Assembly: GCA_052326345.1 (NCBI GenBank)
Contig: JBKQOZ010000063.1
Span: 153,507 to 217,506 of the forward strand
Source: Steroidobacteraceae bacterium
Lineage (GTDB): Bacteria > Pseudomonadota > Gammaproteobacteria > Steroidobacterales > Steroidobacteraceae
DNA length: 64,000 nt
Reading direction: 5' to 3'
Shown here: positions 1 through 8,779 of the stretch, in pieces
Layout: each line of letters begins with the position of its first letter
Position numbering within the stretch: the stretch's first letter is position 1
Translations under genes and position numbers: made by a program
Notes under the pieces: model-generated
What the model was told of the DNA's origin: nothing
What the model saw: the letters and a program-made list of their open reading frames with translations, nothing else
Database searches by the model: none

Positions 1-1
1 C

Positions 2-490
2 GCCCCATTTCACGCGGCGAACAGCGGCAGGGAACTCGCGCGGGCGCTCGAGCGGCTCAAGTCGAAGCGGTTGATCTTGATCGACACCGCCGGCATGGGG
101 CCGCGTGATGTGCGCCTGACCGAACAGCTTGCCGCGCTGCAACTGGGGGCCGCGCGCGCGCGGGTCTTGCTGGCGCTTCCCGCGCAGGGCGAGGCCCACG
201 CGCTCGAGGAAATCATCTGCGCGTTTGCGCGGGTGTCGCCGGCGGCGTGTATTTTGACGAAAGTCGACGAGGCGGCGAGTTTGGGCGCCGTGATTTCGAC
301 GACCCTGCGCCATAAATTGAGAATCGCCTATCTATGCGATGGGCAGCGCGTGCCGGAGGACCTGCATTCGGCACATCAGCGCCGCGTCTGGCTGGTGCGC
401 GCCGCACTCAAACTCAAGGAGCGCGCGCCGCCACGCGGCGATGAGGCCTACTACGCCCGCAATTTCGGCCGAGCGCGCGCCCATGCGTGA
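2..490 (+). CDS. flhF: Flagellar biosynthesis GTPase FlhF, C-terminal fragment (5' end lies outside the window)
   Basis: The frame is open from the window edge. The translation ...LILIDTAGMGPRD...ILTKVDEAASLG...YLCDGQRVPEDL shows SRP-type GTPase motifs. It is followed by fleN and fliA. Confidence 0.8.
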   Translation, partial: APFHAANSGRELARALERLKSKRLILIDTAGMGPRDVRLTEQLAALQLGAARARVLLALPAQGEAHALEEIICAFARVSPAACILTKVDEAASLGAVISTTLRHKLRIAYLCDGQRVPEDLHSAHQRRVWLVRAALKLKERAPPRGDEAYYARNFGRARAHA

Positions 491-1370
491 CACGAGATTG
501 AGCAGAGGTCAGGCAGCTGCGCTCGAGCAGCTCAATTCTTCGCGTCCAGTCAAGGTCATTGCCGTCACCGGCGGCAAGGGCGGCGTCGGCAAGACGACGG
601 TCTCGGCCAATCTGGCAGTGTCGATAGCGGCGCAGGGCCGCGACGTCATGCTGGTCGATGCGGACTTGGGGCTGGCGAACGTCGATGTGCTGCTCGGTCT
701 GCACACGCGCTTCCACCTCGGGCACGTGATCAAGGGCGAATGCGCACTCGAAGACGCCATCGTCACCGGTCCGCACGGCCTGCAGATCGTGCCCGCAGCG
801 TCGGGCGTCAAGCGCATGGCCGCCCTGTCTCCGGCCGAACACGCCGGCATCATTCGCGCGTTCAGCGATCTGTACCACAGTGTCGAGGTGCTGGTGGTCG
901 ACACCGCCGCCGGCCTCAGCGACAGCGTAATGACATTCAGTCAAGCGGCGCACCACGTCGTTGTCGTGGTTTGCGACGAACCCGCCTCAATCACCGATGC
1001 CTATGCGCTGATCAAGGTGCTCAGCCGTGAACACGGGGTGCAGCGCTTCCAGATCCTGGCCAATCAGACGCGCCGATCGGGCGAAGGCCCGGAGCTGTAT
1101 CAAAAAATTTCGCGGGTCTGTGACCGATTTCTCAATGTGGGACTCGAGTTCGCCGGTTCCGTACCGTTTGACGATTACTTGCGGCGCGCCGTGCAACGGC
1201 AGGCAGCCGTCGTCGAGGCGTACCCGGCCTCAATTTCGTCCATTGCGCTCAAGAATCTCGCCATGAAGGCCGATAAGTGGTCAGTGCCACAAGGGGCACG
1301 AGGTCACCTGGAGTTCTTTGTCGAACGCATGGTGGGGGCCCGGACCGCTCCTTCGACGGTATTGCAATGA
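483..1370 (+). CDS. fleN: MinD/ParA-type flagellar number regulator FleN/FlhG
   Basis: ATG 483 overlaps the flhF stop. It carries the deviant Walker A motif KVIAVTGGKGGVGKTT. Its position between flhF and fliA is the conserved one. Confidence 0.85.
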   Translation: MRDTRLSRGQAAALEQLNSSRPVKVIAVTGGKGGVGKTTVSANLAVSIAAQGRDVMLVDADLGLANVDVLLGLHTRFHLGHVIKGECALEDAIVTGPHGLQIVPAASGVKRMAALSPAEHAGIIRAFSDLYHSVEVLVVDTAAGLSDSVMTFSQAAHHVVVVVCDEPASITDAYALIKVLSREHGVQRFQILANQTRRSGEGPELYQKISRVCDRFLNVGLEFAGSVPFDDYLRRAVQRQAAVVEAYPASISSIALKNLAMKADKWSVPQGARGHLEFFVERMVGARTAPSTVLQ

Positions 1371-2149
1371 GAGCAAGCACACAATATTCAAATACGCAGA
1401 AGCGCAGCAAGAAGCCGCTTGCGGACGACGGCGTCCCGGTCGACCAGGTTCCGCAGCAAGAGCTGATCCTCAAGCACGCCGATTTGGTCAAGCGCATCGC
1501 CTATCACTTGGTGAGCCGCATGCCGCCCAACGTGGAGGTGGATGACCTGATCCAGTCCGGCATGATCGGCTTGCTGGATGCCGCAAAACATTATTCCCCC
1601 ACGAAGGGCGCAAATTTTGAAACCTACGCCGGCATTCGCATCCGTGGCGCGATGCTCGATGAGGTCCGAAAATCCGACTGGACGCCGCGCTCGGTGCATC
1701 GAAACATGCGCGAGATGGCGGACGTGGTCCGCAAGATCGAGAACGATAAAGGGCAGGATGCGAGCCCGACCGACATCGCCGAGGGGCTCGGTGTTTCGAT
1801 CGAGGAATATCACAAGTTGGTGCAGGACGCGGCCAGCTGCCGATTGTTCAGTTTCGATCAAATGGGCTCCAGCGAGGACGAGTCGAGTCCGGCGGATCAT
1901 GCGCGAGACGAGCGGCCGGGCCCGTTCGATAACATCGAGGATGCCGGCTTCCGCGACGCGCTCGCGGGGGCGATCGAGGGCTTACCCGAGCGCGAAAAGC
2001 TCGTGCTGTCGCTCTACTACGATGAAGACATGAATCTGCGCGAGATCGGCGAGGTGCTCGAGGTGTCCGAATCGCGCGTCTGTCAGATTCACGGACAGGC
2101 CCTGGTGCGGCTGCGCGCACGGTTGGCGGAGTGGCTTGCCCCCGATTGA
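1367..2149 (+). CDS. fliA: Flagellar sigma factor sigma-28 FliA
   Basis: ATG 1367 overlaps the fleN stop (ATGA). It has sigma-70 region 2 (DDLIQSGMIGLLDAAKHY) and a region 4 HTH (LNLREIGEVLEVSESRVCQIHGQAL). Confidence 0.9.
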   Translation: MRASTQYSNTQKRSKKPLADDGVPVDQVPQQELILKHADLVKRIAYHLVSRMPPNVEVDDLIQSGMIGLLDAAKHYSPTKGANFETYAGIRIRGAMLDEVRKSDWTPRSVHRNMREMADVVRKIENDKGQDASPTDIAEGLGVSIEEYHKLVQDAASCRLFSFDQMGSSEDESSPADHARDERPGPFDNIEDAGFRDALAGAIEGLPEREKLVLSLYYDEDMNLREIGEVLEVSESRVCQIHGQALVRLRARLAEWLAPD

Positions 2150-2152
2150 TCC

Positions 2153-2896
2153 ATGGACATCTTAAGCATCATCGGCGTCGTGCTGGGATTGATAGCGATC
2201 ATCGGCGGCGCGATCTTGAAGGGCAGCAGCGCCGGGGCGCTGGTCGGGAGCGCCGCGTTCGTGATCGTGGTGGTCGGCACCATGGCGGCGAGCCTGGTGC
2301 AGACTCCGATGGCGACGTTCCTGCGCGCGTGGAAAATCGTCACCTGGGTGTTCAAGCCGCCGATCAACAATCCGTCCGCGATGATCGAAAAGATCGTCGA
2401 GTGGAGCAACATCGCGCGCAAACAGGGTCTGCTGGGCTTGGAGTCCGCGGTGGAACAGGAACAGGATGAATTCCTCAAGAAAGGCCTGCAGTCGCTGGTC
2501 GACGGCGGTGAACCCGAGGCGATTCGCTCCAGCATGGAGATCGAACTGGATACGATGGAGCATTTCGACACCCAGGCGGCCAAAGTTTTCGAGGCCATGG
2601 GAGTCTACTCGCCGACGCTCGGCATCATCGGCGCCGTCATGGGGCTGATGGCGGTGATGCAAAACCTGGCGGACCCGTCGAAACTCGGCCACGGCATCGC
2701 GGCCGCCTTCGTGGCCACCATCTACGGCATTGCCTTCGCGAATTTGCTGTTCCTGCCCATGGGCAACAAACTCAAGTCGGTGATCCACGGGCAGTCGCAG
2801 GTTCGAACCATGGTCATCGAGGGCATCATCGCCATCGCTCAGGGAGAGAACCCGCGCAATATCGAAGCGAAGCTGCAAGGCTACTTTCATCACTGA
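2153..2896 (+). CDS. motA: Flagellar stator protein MotA (MotC-type)
   Basis: The 247-aa protein has multiple hydrophobic segments and a MotA/ExbB-type C-terminal channel region (PTLGIIGAVMGLM...AFVATIYGIAFANL). It starts 3 nt after fliA. Confidence 0.85.
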   Translation: MDILSIIGVVLGLIAIIGGAILKGSSAGALVGSAAFVIVVVGTMAASLVQTPMATFLRAWKIVTWVFKPPINNPSAMIEKIVEWSNIARKQGLLGLESAVEQEQDEFLKKGLQSLVDGGEPEAIRSSMEIELDTMEHFDTQAAKVFEAMGVYSPTLGIIGAVMGLMAVMQNLADPSKLGHGIAAAFVATIYGIAFANLLFLPMGNKLKSVIHGQSQVRTMVIEGIIAIAQGENPRNIEAKLQGYFHH

Positions 2897-2932
2897 GCCG
2901 CCTTTCTAAGGGGCAACAGAGGACCTCGGCGC

Positions 2933-3937
2933 ATGGCGCGCAGGAAAAAGCACGAAGAGCATGTGAACGCGGAGGCGTGGGCCATTCCATACGGCGACCT
3001 CGTGACGCTGCTGTTCGCCCTGTTCACGGTCATGTACGCCATGTCGTCGGTGAACGAGGGCAAGTTCCGAGTGCTGTCTGATTCGATGATCGCCGCCTTT
3101 CACGGCACGCCGAAGAGCATGCAGCCGATCAATATCGGCGAAAGGGAGCCTGGAAAAGGCGGCGACAAGCCCCTGGTGGGCGTCTCGCCGACCGCATTGT
3201 TGAAAATCAAGGGGCAGGCCATTTTGGCCAAACCGCCGGATGCGCCCGCACCGCTTCCGCTGGCGGAGGTTCCCGGCGCGCTGAGCCGCATGCAGCGCCA
3301 GGTGCAGGACGCCATGCAGGCGCTTATCGACGCCAAATTGGTCACGATTCGCCGCGAGAACATGTGGCTCGAAATCGAAATCAACACCGACATACTGTTT
3401 CCGAGCGGTGCCGCCGAGTTCTCGCCGGCGGCGGCTCCGGTGCTCGATAAACTGGCGGAGGTTCTCAAGCCCTTTCCCAATCCGATCCGTGTCGAGGGCC
3501 ACACCGACGATCGCCCGATCAAAACTGCGGCTTTCCCGTCGAACTGGGAACTGTCCGCCGCGCGCGCTGCGAGCGTGGTGCACGAATTCACCAAGGCGGG
3601 CATCGATCCCTTGCGGCTGGAGATCGTCGGCTTCGGAGAGTTCCATCCACGCCAGCCCAATACGTCGGCCGAAGGGCGAAATGCAAATCGACGTGTTGCG
3701 ATAATGGTGCTGGAGGAGGTCACCCCCGGCGGGACGGTCACGGCCAAAACCGCCGACGGACCGGCGCCGGATACCGCCGCTCCTTCCCCCGGGCCTGCAG
3801 ATGCGAATCGCGCCGAAAATCCGCTACTATGGGAAGCAGCACCCGCTGGGGCAGCGCCCGCTGGGCTGGACAAGACCGTATTGGTGAAAGATCAAGCGAA
3901 GCCGGAATTCAAAGGACCGTCACCGCCATCCGAATGA
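2933..3937 (+). CDS. motB: Flagellar stator protein MotB (MotD-type) with OmpA-like peptidoglycan-binding domain
   Basis: It has an N-terminal TM segment (YGDLVTLLFALFTVMYAMS) and an OmpA-like core (RVEGHTDDRPI...NWELSAARAASV...NRRV). The C-terminal tail is Pro/Ala-rich. Confidence 0.85.
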   Translation: MARRKKHEEHVNAEAWAIPYGDLVTLLFALFTVMYAMSSVNEGKFRVLSDSMIAAFHGTPKSMQPINIGEREPGKGGDKPLVGVSPTALLKIKGQAILAKPPDAPAPLPLAEVPGALSRMQRQVQDAMQALIDAKLVTIRRENMWLEIEINTDILFPSGAAEFSPAAAPVLDKLAEVLKPFPNPIRVEGHTDDRPIKTAAFPSNWELSAARAASVVHEFTKAGIDPLRLEIVGFGEFHPRQPNTSAEGRNANRRVAIMVLEEVTPGGTVTAKTADGPAPDTAAPSPGPADANRAENPLLWEAAPAGAAPAGLDKTVLVKDQAKPEFKGPSPPSE

Positions 3938-3949
3938 GCGAGGTGATCC

Positions 3950-4153
3950 ATGAGCGAAGTTGATCGGTTGAGCAATTCGGGTCTATACCCGGCGCTGCCG
4001 ATTGCCGACCAGCGCAGCCGCAAGGACGGATCGTCGGGCCAGCCGCCCGCTGACAAGCGCCCCGCCGCCGCCCCTGCCGAGCCAAGCGCCCCCACGGTAC
4101 CGGATCCGAATCAGCCGAGGCCGCCGAAATCCTTGATCGATGAGTACGCTTGA
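3950..4153 (+). CDS. Small Pro-rich hypothetical protein
   Basis: The 67-aa ORF has a GAGGTGA Shine-Dalgarno 5-6 nt upstream of its ATG. It lies 12 nt after motB and overlaps the next ORF by 14 nt. No family was recognised. Confidence 0.35.
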   Translation: MSEVDRLSNSGLYPALPIADQRSRKDGSSGQPPADKRPAAAPAEPSAPTVPDPNQPRPPKSLIDEYA

Positions 4154-4559
4154 GGTGACTCTTGGCGCGAATATTGCCGCCTGGTCGGGCATTGCCGGTG
4201 CGGCAATTGCCGTTGCAGCGCTGCTGACGGCGATCGCCGCAGGGTCCTCGATGCGGCGCTGGCGGACGCGCTGCGCGGCGCTCGAATCGAATATCGCAGC
4301 CCTGCGCCGAGAGCTCGATCTGACGGCCTCGATCGGCGCGCGCACCGGCCGTCGCGTGCAGCGCGTCGAGCACGAGTACTCCGGCCTCGCGGACCGCGTC
4401 GAATTGGTCGAATCGCGGGGCGCGACCGCATCCTTCGATCAGGCAATCGATGCGGCGCGCCGAGGCGTCGATCCGGGCAAGCTCATACAGCAGTTCGGCT
4501 TAAGCCGCAGTGAGGCGGAACTGGTCGCAAGACTGCATGGGCGCAAAAAGCACGCTTGA
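4140..4559 (+). CDS. DUF2802-like flagellar-cluster protein
   Basis: It has an N-terminal TM segment, a coiled-coil-like middle, and the C-terminal motif FGLSRSEAELVARL that I recall as typical of DUF2802 proteins next to mot/che genes. Confidence 0.6.
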   Translation: MSTLEVTLGANIAAWSGIAGAAIAVAALLTAIAAGSSMRRWRTRCAALESNIAALRRELDLTASIGARTGRRVQRVEHEYSGLADRVELVESRGATASFDQAIDAARRGVDPGKLIQQFGLSRSEAELVARLHGRKKHA

Positions 4560-4572
4560 GCTCCGGCGCATT

Positions 4573-4616
4573 GCGCGCCGCGCGCCGCGCGCCGAGCGAC
4601 GAGCGCCGAGCGACGA
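4573..4616. repeat. GC-rich tandem micro-repeats: (GCGCGCC)x3 followed by (GCGCCGAGCGACGA)x2
   Basis: Read directly from the sequence. The 7-mer occurs at 4573-4579, 4580-4586 and 4587-4593. The 14-mer occurs at 4589-4602 and 4603-4616. An A/T-rich run CATTTTTTTTATGATGTTTT follows. Confidence 0.7.
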
Positions 4617-4670
4617 TGCTCATTTTTTTTATGATGTTTTGGCGTCGAGACGCCGTGGCGTTTTGACGTC

Positions 4671-5234
4671 ATGGTGACCCAAATTTTTGAGGCCGAGCGG
4701 TATGCCATCGGGCGCCTGTTGACCGTAACCGATTCGCAGATCGGCGAACTGGCCGAGCTGCTGATCGATTGCGTGGACGGCGGCGCGTCGGTGAGCTTCA
4801 TGAGCCCGCTTACGGTGCCCAAGGCGGCGGCATTCTGGCGAGAGGTGGCCGCCGGCGTGATGCGGGGCGGGCGGGCGCTGCTCGTGGCGCAGCAGAGCGC
4901 CGGCGGCGGTATCCTCGGCGCCGTGCAGTTGATTCTCGATCAGCCGGAAAACCAGCCGCACCGCGCTGATGTCTCAAAAATGCTCGTGCTGCGCCGGGCG
5001 CGCCGGCAGGGGCTGGGAACGGCACTGATGCGCTCTGCCGAGAACCTGGCGCGCGAATGCGGGAAATCGCTGCTGGTGCTGGATACGGCGAGCGGCGATG
5101 CCGAGCGGCTCTACGTCCGGCTGGGCTGGCAGCGCTGCGGCGTCATTCCCGGCTACGCACTGCTGCCACGGGGCGGCTTGTGCGATACGACGGTCTTCTA
5201 CCGCACGCTCGCCGATAAATTCACTGCCGGTTGA
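4671..5234 (+). CDS. GNAT family N-acetyltransferase
   Basis: It carries the acetyl-CoA binding motif region VLRRARRQGLGTALM and a typical GNAT length of 187 aa. Confidence 0.75.
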   Translation: MVTQIFEAERYAIGRLLTVTDSQIGELAELLIDCVDGGASVSFMSPLTVPKAAAFWREVAAGVMRGGRALLVAQQSAGGGILGAVQLILDQPENQPHRADVSKMLVLRRARRQGLGTALMRSAENLARECGKSLLVLDTASGDAERLYVRLGWQRCGVIPGYALLPRGGLCDTTVFYRTLADKFTAG

Positions 5235-5303
5235 ATCATGCTGCGTCGAAAGTCGAGTGTGCGGCCGGCGCCTCGGCTTCTATACGTCGAGAGGGGACGC
5301 GAG

Positions 5304-6356
5304 ATGCGCGCTGCGGTTTTTCATGGTCCGGGCGATTTGCGGCTGGAGTCGGTCCCCGAACCCGACGCGGGGCCGGGCGAGGTGAAGCTGCGCGTGCTGT
5401 ACAACGGCATTTGCGGCAGCGACCTGCACGAATACTACGACGGACCGGTGACGACCCGCACCACGCCGCACCCGCTCACAGGGGTCAAGAACCCGGTCAT
5501 TCTCGGCCACGAATTGTGCGGTGAAGTCGTCTCCTGCGGCGCGGGCGTCGCAGATCTCGCGCCCGGGGATCTGGTCGCGGTCGAGCCGGTCGAGACTTGC
5601 GGACACTGCGTCTGGTGCGCGGCGGGCCAATACAACCATTGCCCGATTCTTGCGCTGCACGGCTACAACCGTGCCGGCGGCGGGCTTGCCGAGTACACGG
5701 TCGTGCGCCGTTCGATGGTGCACCGGCTGCCCCCTGGTATGACGGCCGTGCAGGGCGCGCTCATCGAGCCGCTCGCCATCGCATGGCACACCGCGAACCG
5801 ATGCCGGCTCGAGGCCGGGCAAACCGCCGTGATCCACGGCGCGGGGCCCATTGGAATCGGCGTGTGCCTCACGCTCATGCAGCGCGGAGTACAGGTCATC
5901 GCCGTCGATCCTTCGCCGCTGCGCCGCTCGGTGATCCAACGCCTCGGCGCACGCGTCACGCTCGACCCGACCGCGTGCGATCCGATCGATGCGATTCGCG
6001 ATTTGACCGGCGGCCGCGGCGCGCACGCGTCGGTGGACGCCGCCGGCGTGCCCGCCGCGTTTCGTGCCATGCTGCACGGCACGCGAGTGGACGGCACCGC
6101 GGTCGTGGTCGCAATCCACCACGTTGCGGTGGTGGTGCCGCCGTTCGATCTTTTGATGCCGGAGGTCAACATGACCGGCGTTGCGATGTCGGTGAATGCA
6201 TTTCCAAGCGTCATCGATGCAATGGCGCGGGGCAGCTACCCGCTGGAGGGCTGGGTGGAAACGATCCCTTTCGAGAATGTCCTCACGCGCGGACTCGAAC
6301 GCCTTCGGCGCCAGGAGGGCCTGAAAATTCTCGTCGCCGTGGGAGCGCGCACTTGA
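5304..6356 (+). CDS. Zn-dependent medium-chain alcohol dehydrogenase (2,3-butanediol/sorbitol dehydrogenase-like)
   Basis: Start is MRAAVFHG. Zn-ligand motifs GICGSDLHEY and GHELCGEVV are present, along with the structural-Zn Cys cluster CGHCVWCAAGQYNHC and the GAGPIG Rossmann motif. A GAGAGGGGA Shine-Dalgarno precedes ATG 5304. Confidence 0.85.
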   Translation: MRAAVFHGPGDLRLESVPEPDAGPGEVKLRVLYNGICGSDLHEYYDGPVTTRTTPHPLTGVKNPVILGHELCGEVVSCGAGVADLAPGDLVAVEPVETCGHCVWCAAGQYNHCPILALHGYNRAGGGLAEYTVVRRSMVHRLPPGMTAVQGALIEPLAIAWHTANRCRLEAGQTAVIHGAGPIGIGVCLTLMQRGVQVIAVDPSPLRRSVIQRLGARVTLDPTACDPIDAIRDLTGGRGAHASVDAAGVPAAFRAMLHGTRVDGTAVVVAIHHVAVVVPPFDLLMPEVNMTGVAMSVNAFPSVIDAMARGSYPLEGWVETIPFENVLTRGLERLRRQEGLKILVAVGART

Positions 6357-7183
6357 AGATCGCAGAACTGTTCGGCGTCAGCGGTTATGGGGTCATCGTC
6401 ACGGGCGGCGCGAGCGGCATCGGCCTCGGCTATGCCGAAGCCCTGGCGGAGAACGGCGCCAGCGTAACCCTGCTGGATGTGGATGCCGCGCGAGTCGCGG
6501 AGGAAAGCCGGCGGCTGCGGGCGCTCGGCTATACGGTTCGCGGCGAGACCGTCGACGTGCGGGATCACGCGGCGATCGAGCGGGCGTTTGATGCGGCGGT
6601 CGCCGCGCATGGCCGCCTCGACGTGGTCTTTGCGAATGCGGGGATCGATTCGGGACCGGGGTTTCTCGGCAATTGGGCCGGGGCGGAGCGCCCGCGCAAT
6701 CCGGACGGATCGCTCGAGCGCTACACGGATGAGCGATGGAACCGCGTGATCGACATCAACCTGAACGGGATATTCGCGACGCTGCGTGCCGGCGCACGGC
6801 TGATGCGGCCGCAGCGATCGGGCCGGATGATCGTCACGACTTCCGTGGCGGCATACCAGTGCGAACCCGCCATCGGCGCCGCCTACATGGCGGCCAAGGC
6901 CGGAGCCGCGCACTTGATGCGCGCGGTGGCACAGGAACTGGCTGCCTACCAGATCACGGTCAACGCCATTGCCCCGGGATTTTTCGTCACCAATATCGGC
7001 GGCGGCCACGCCAAACACGCAGCCGTTCAGGAGGCCATAGCCAAGTCGATTCCGATGCATCGCGTGGGATTCCCCGAAGACATCAAAGGGCTGGCGCTGT
7101 TTCTGGCGTCGCCGGCGTCCGCCTATCTCACCGGCCAGCAGATCTCGATCGACGGCGGCTGGACGCTCGGCGCGGCGGATTGA
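6353..7183 (+). CDS. Classical short-chain dehydrogenase/reductase
   Basis: It has TGGASGIGLG, NAG and the catalytic YxxxK (YMAAKAG). The proposed TTG start at 6353 overlaps the upstream ADH stop, so the start is uncertain. Confidence 0.8.
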   Translation: MKIAELFGVSGYGVIVTGGASGIGLGYAEALAENGASVTLLDVDAARVAEESRRLRALGYTVRGETVDVRDHAAIERAFDAAVAAHGRLDVVFANAGIDSGPGFLGNWAGAERPRNPDGSLERYTDERWNRVIDINLNGIFATLRAGARLMRPQRSGRMIVTTSVAAYQCEPAIGAAYMAAKAGAAHLMRAVAQELAAYQITVNAIAPGFFVTNIGGGHAKHAAVQEAIAKSIPMHRVGFPEDIKGLALFLASPASAYLTGQQISIDGGWTLGAAD

Positions 7184-7207
7184 AGGGCGCCGGTCCGCCG
7201 CACTCGT

Positions 7208-8779
7208 TCATTTGACGAGGACCTCCAGCAGTACGGGCGCATCGGCTTCGAAAACTCTGAGCAGCGCGGCATTGAGATCCTCGCAGCGCTCGACGCGCAC
7301 GCCCGCCACTCCCTGACTGCGCGCGAGCTCACAGAAATCGAGATGCGGCAGCCGCACGCCGGGCGGTGCGTCGATATTGAAGCGCCGGCCGAACTCCTCG
7401 AGCGCGCGATAGCTCGCATTGTTGACGATAATGAAGGCGACGGGCAGTGCGAACTCCGCCGCGGTCCACAGTCCCTGAATCGAGTACATGGCCGAGCCGT
7501 CCCCGAGCAGACCGATCACCTTGCGGCCGGGCCGTGCCAGGGCGACGCCGACGGCCGCGGGAAGACCATGACCGAGGCCGCCGCTGGCGCAGGTGTGGAA
7601 GCTGCCGCGCTCGGTCATCGGCAAGTGATCGTGCATCGCACCGCGGCTGCTCGGCGCCTCCTCGACGATGATGCTGCCTGCCGGGCGCAGAGCGGCGATC
7701 TGCTGCATCAAATAGCGGTCGGTCAACCGGTCGGGGGCGAGGTGCGGTGCGCGCGCCGCAATCGCCGGCGCAGCGCGCGTGGTAGCCGGGGGATGGGCAA
7801 GCAGCGCGGCGATGCCGAGCTTCAGATTCGTGACAATCGAGGTGCCGGCGGGGCACCACGCCGCGGCGGCGGGATCATCAGTGAGTTGTACCAGCATCGC
7901 GTCCGGCGGAACATGCGGTCCGACTCCTTCCACATGGTAGGTGAAGACCGGCGCGCCGAGAACCACGATCAGATCGGAGCCCTCCAGGCGGGCGACGATC
8001 GCTTCTCGATCGGCCGGCAGGAACCCCGCGAACAGCGGATGGCGCTCGGGAAAGCTGTTGCGCGCCGACATGGGGCTCACCCACACCGCGGCCTGATGTT
8101 CCTCGGCGAGCGCGATGGCCTCAGTCCATGCATCATCGCGCGCCACCGACGCGCCGACCACGATGACGGGTCGCCGGGCCGCCCGCAGCGCCGCGGCGGC
8201 GCGCGCCAGGAGCACGGGATCGCCGGCGACGCGGCGGCTGACCATTCGCGCCGCGAGCGCGGCGCATGGACGATCCCAGTCATCCACGGGTATCGACACG
8301 AAGGTCGGGCCGCGCGGCGGCTGCATGGCTGCGTAATACGCGCGTGCGATGGCGGCGGGCACATCGGCGGCGCGCGCCGGTTCGCAGCTCCATTTGACGT
8401 ACGGCCTGGGCAGCTGTGCGGCCTGCTCGGAATACAGGAAGGGCTCGAACGGCAGAATGGAGCGGGCCTGCTGACCGGCGGTTATCAGCAGCGGAGTCTG
8501 GTTCCGGTAGGCGGTGAATATGCTGCCAACCGCGTGACCGACGCCGATGGCGGAGTGCAGGTTGACCAGCGCGGCGTCACCCTGAGCTTGCGCGAAACCG
8601 TCGGCCATCGAGACCACCACCGACTCCTGCAGGCCGAGCACGTAGCGAAAATCCGGCGGAAATTGGCGGAACATCGGCAGCTCGGTGGAACCCGGATTGC
8701 CGAAAACCGTCGTCAGGCCGAATTCGCGCAGCAGCGAAAAGACGGCATCGCGTACGGTTACCTCGGCGCTCAAATGCAA
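7208..8779 (-). CDS. ThDP-dependent decarboxylase, benzoylformate decarboxylase (MdlC)-like
   Basis: The N-terminus ...TVFGNPGSTELPMF...FRYVLGLQE...LVNLHSAIGVGHA...LPRPYVKWSCEPA... closely parallels my recollection of Pseudomonas putida MdlC. The ThDP motif GDGSAMYSIQGLWTAA...IIVNN is present. The start is non-ATG, either TTG 8779 or TTG 8773, the latter overlapping the upstream stop as TTGA. Confidence 0.8.
   Translation of the reverse strand: MHLSAEVTVRDAVFSLLREFGLTTVFGNPGSTELPMFRQFPPDFRYVLGLQESVVVSMADGFAQAQGDAALVNLHSAIGVGHAVGSIFTAYRNQTPLLITAGQQARSILPFEPFLYSEQAAQLPRPYVKWSCEPARAADVPAAIARAYYAAMQPPRGPTFVSIPVDDWDRPCAALAARMVSRRVAGDPVLLARAAAALRAARRPVIVVGASVARDDAWTEAIALAEEHQAAVWVSPMSARNSFPERHPLFAGFLPADREAIVARLEGSDLIVVLGAPVFTYHVEGVGPHVPPDAMLVQLTDDPAAAAWCPAGTSIVTNLKLGIAALLAHPPATTRAAPAIAARAPHLAPDRLTDRYLMQQIAALRPAGSIIVEEAPSSRGAMHDHLPMTERGSFHTCASGGLGHGLPAAVGVALARPGRKVIGLLGDGSAMYSIQGLWTAAEFALPVAFIIVNNASYRALEEFGRRFNIDAPPGVRLPHLDFCELARSQGVAGVRVERCEDLNAALLRVFEADAPVLLEVLVK

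Noticed and set aside
4573-4616. Could the GC-rich tandem repeats be a CRISPR array or another functional array?
   Set aside because: There are only 2-3 units of 7 and 14 nt with no spacers, and no cas genes anywhere in the window. This is simple-sequence slippage in an intergenic region.
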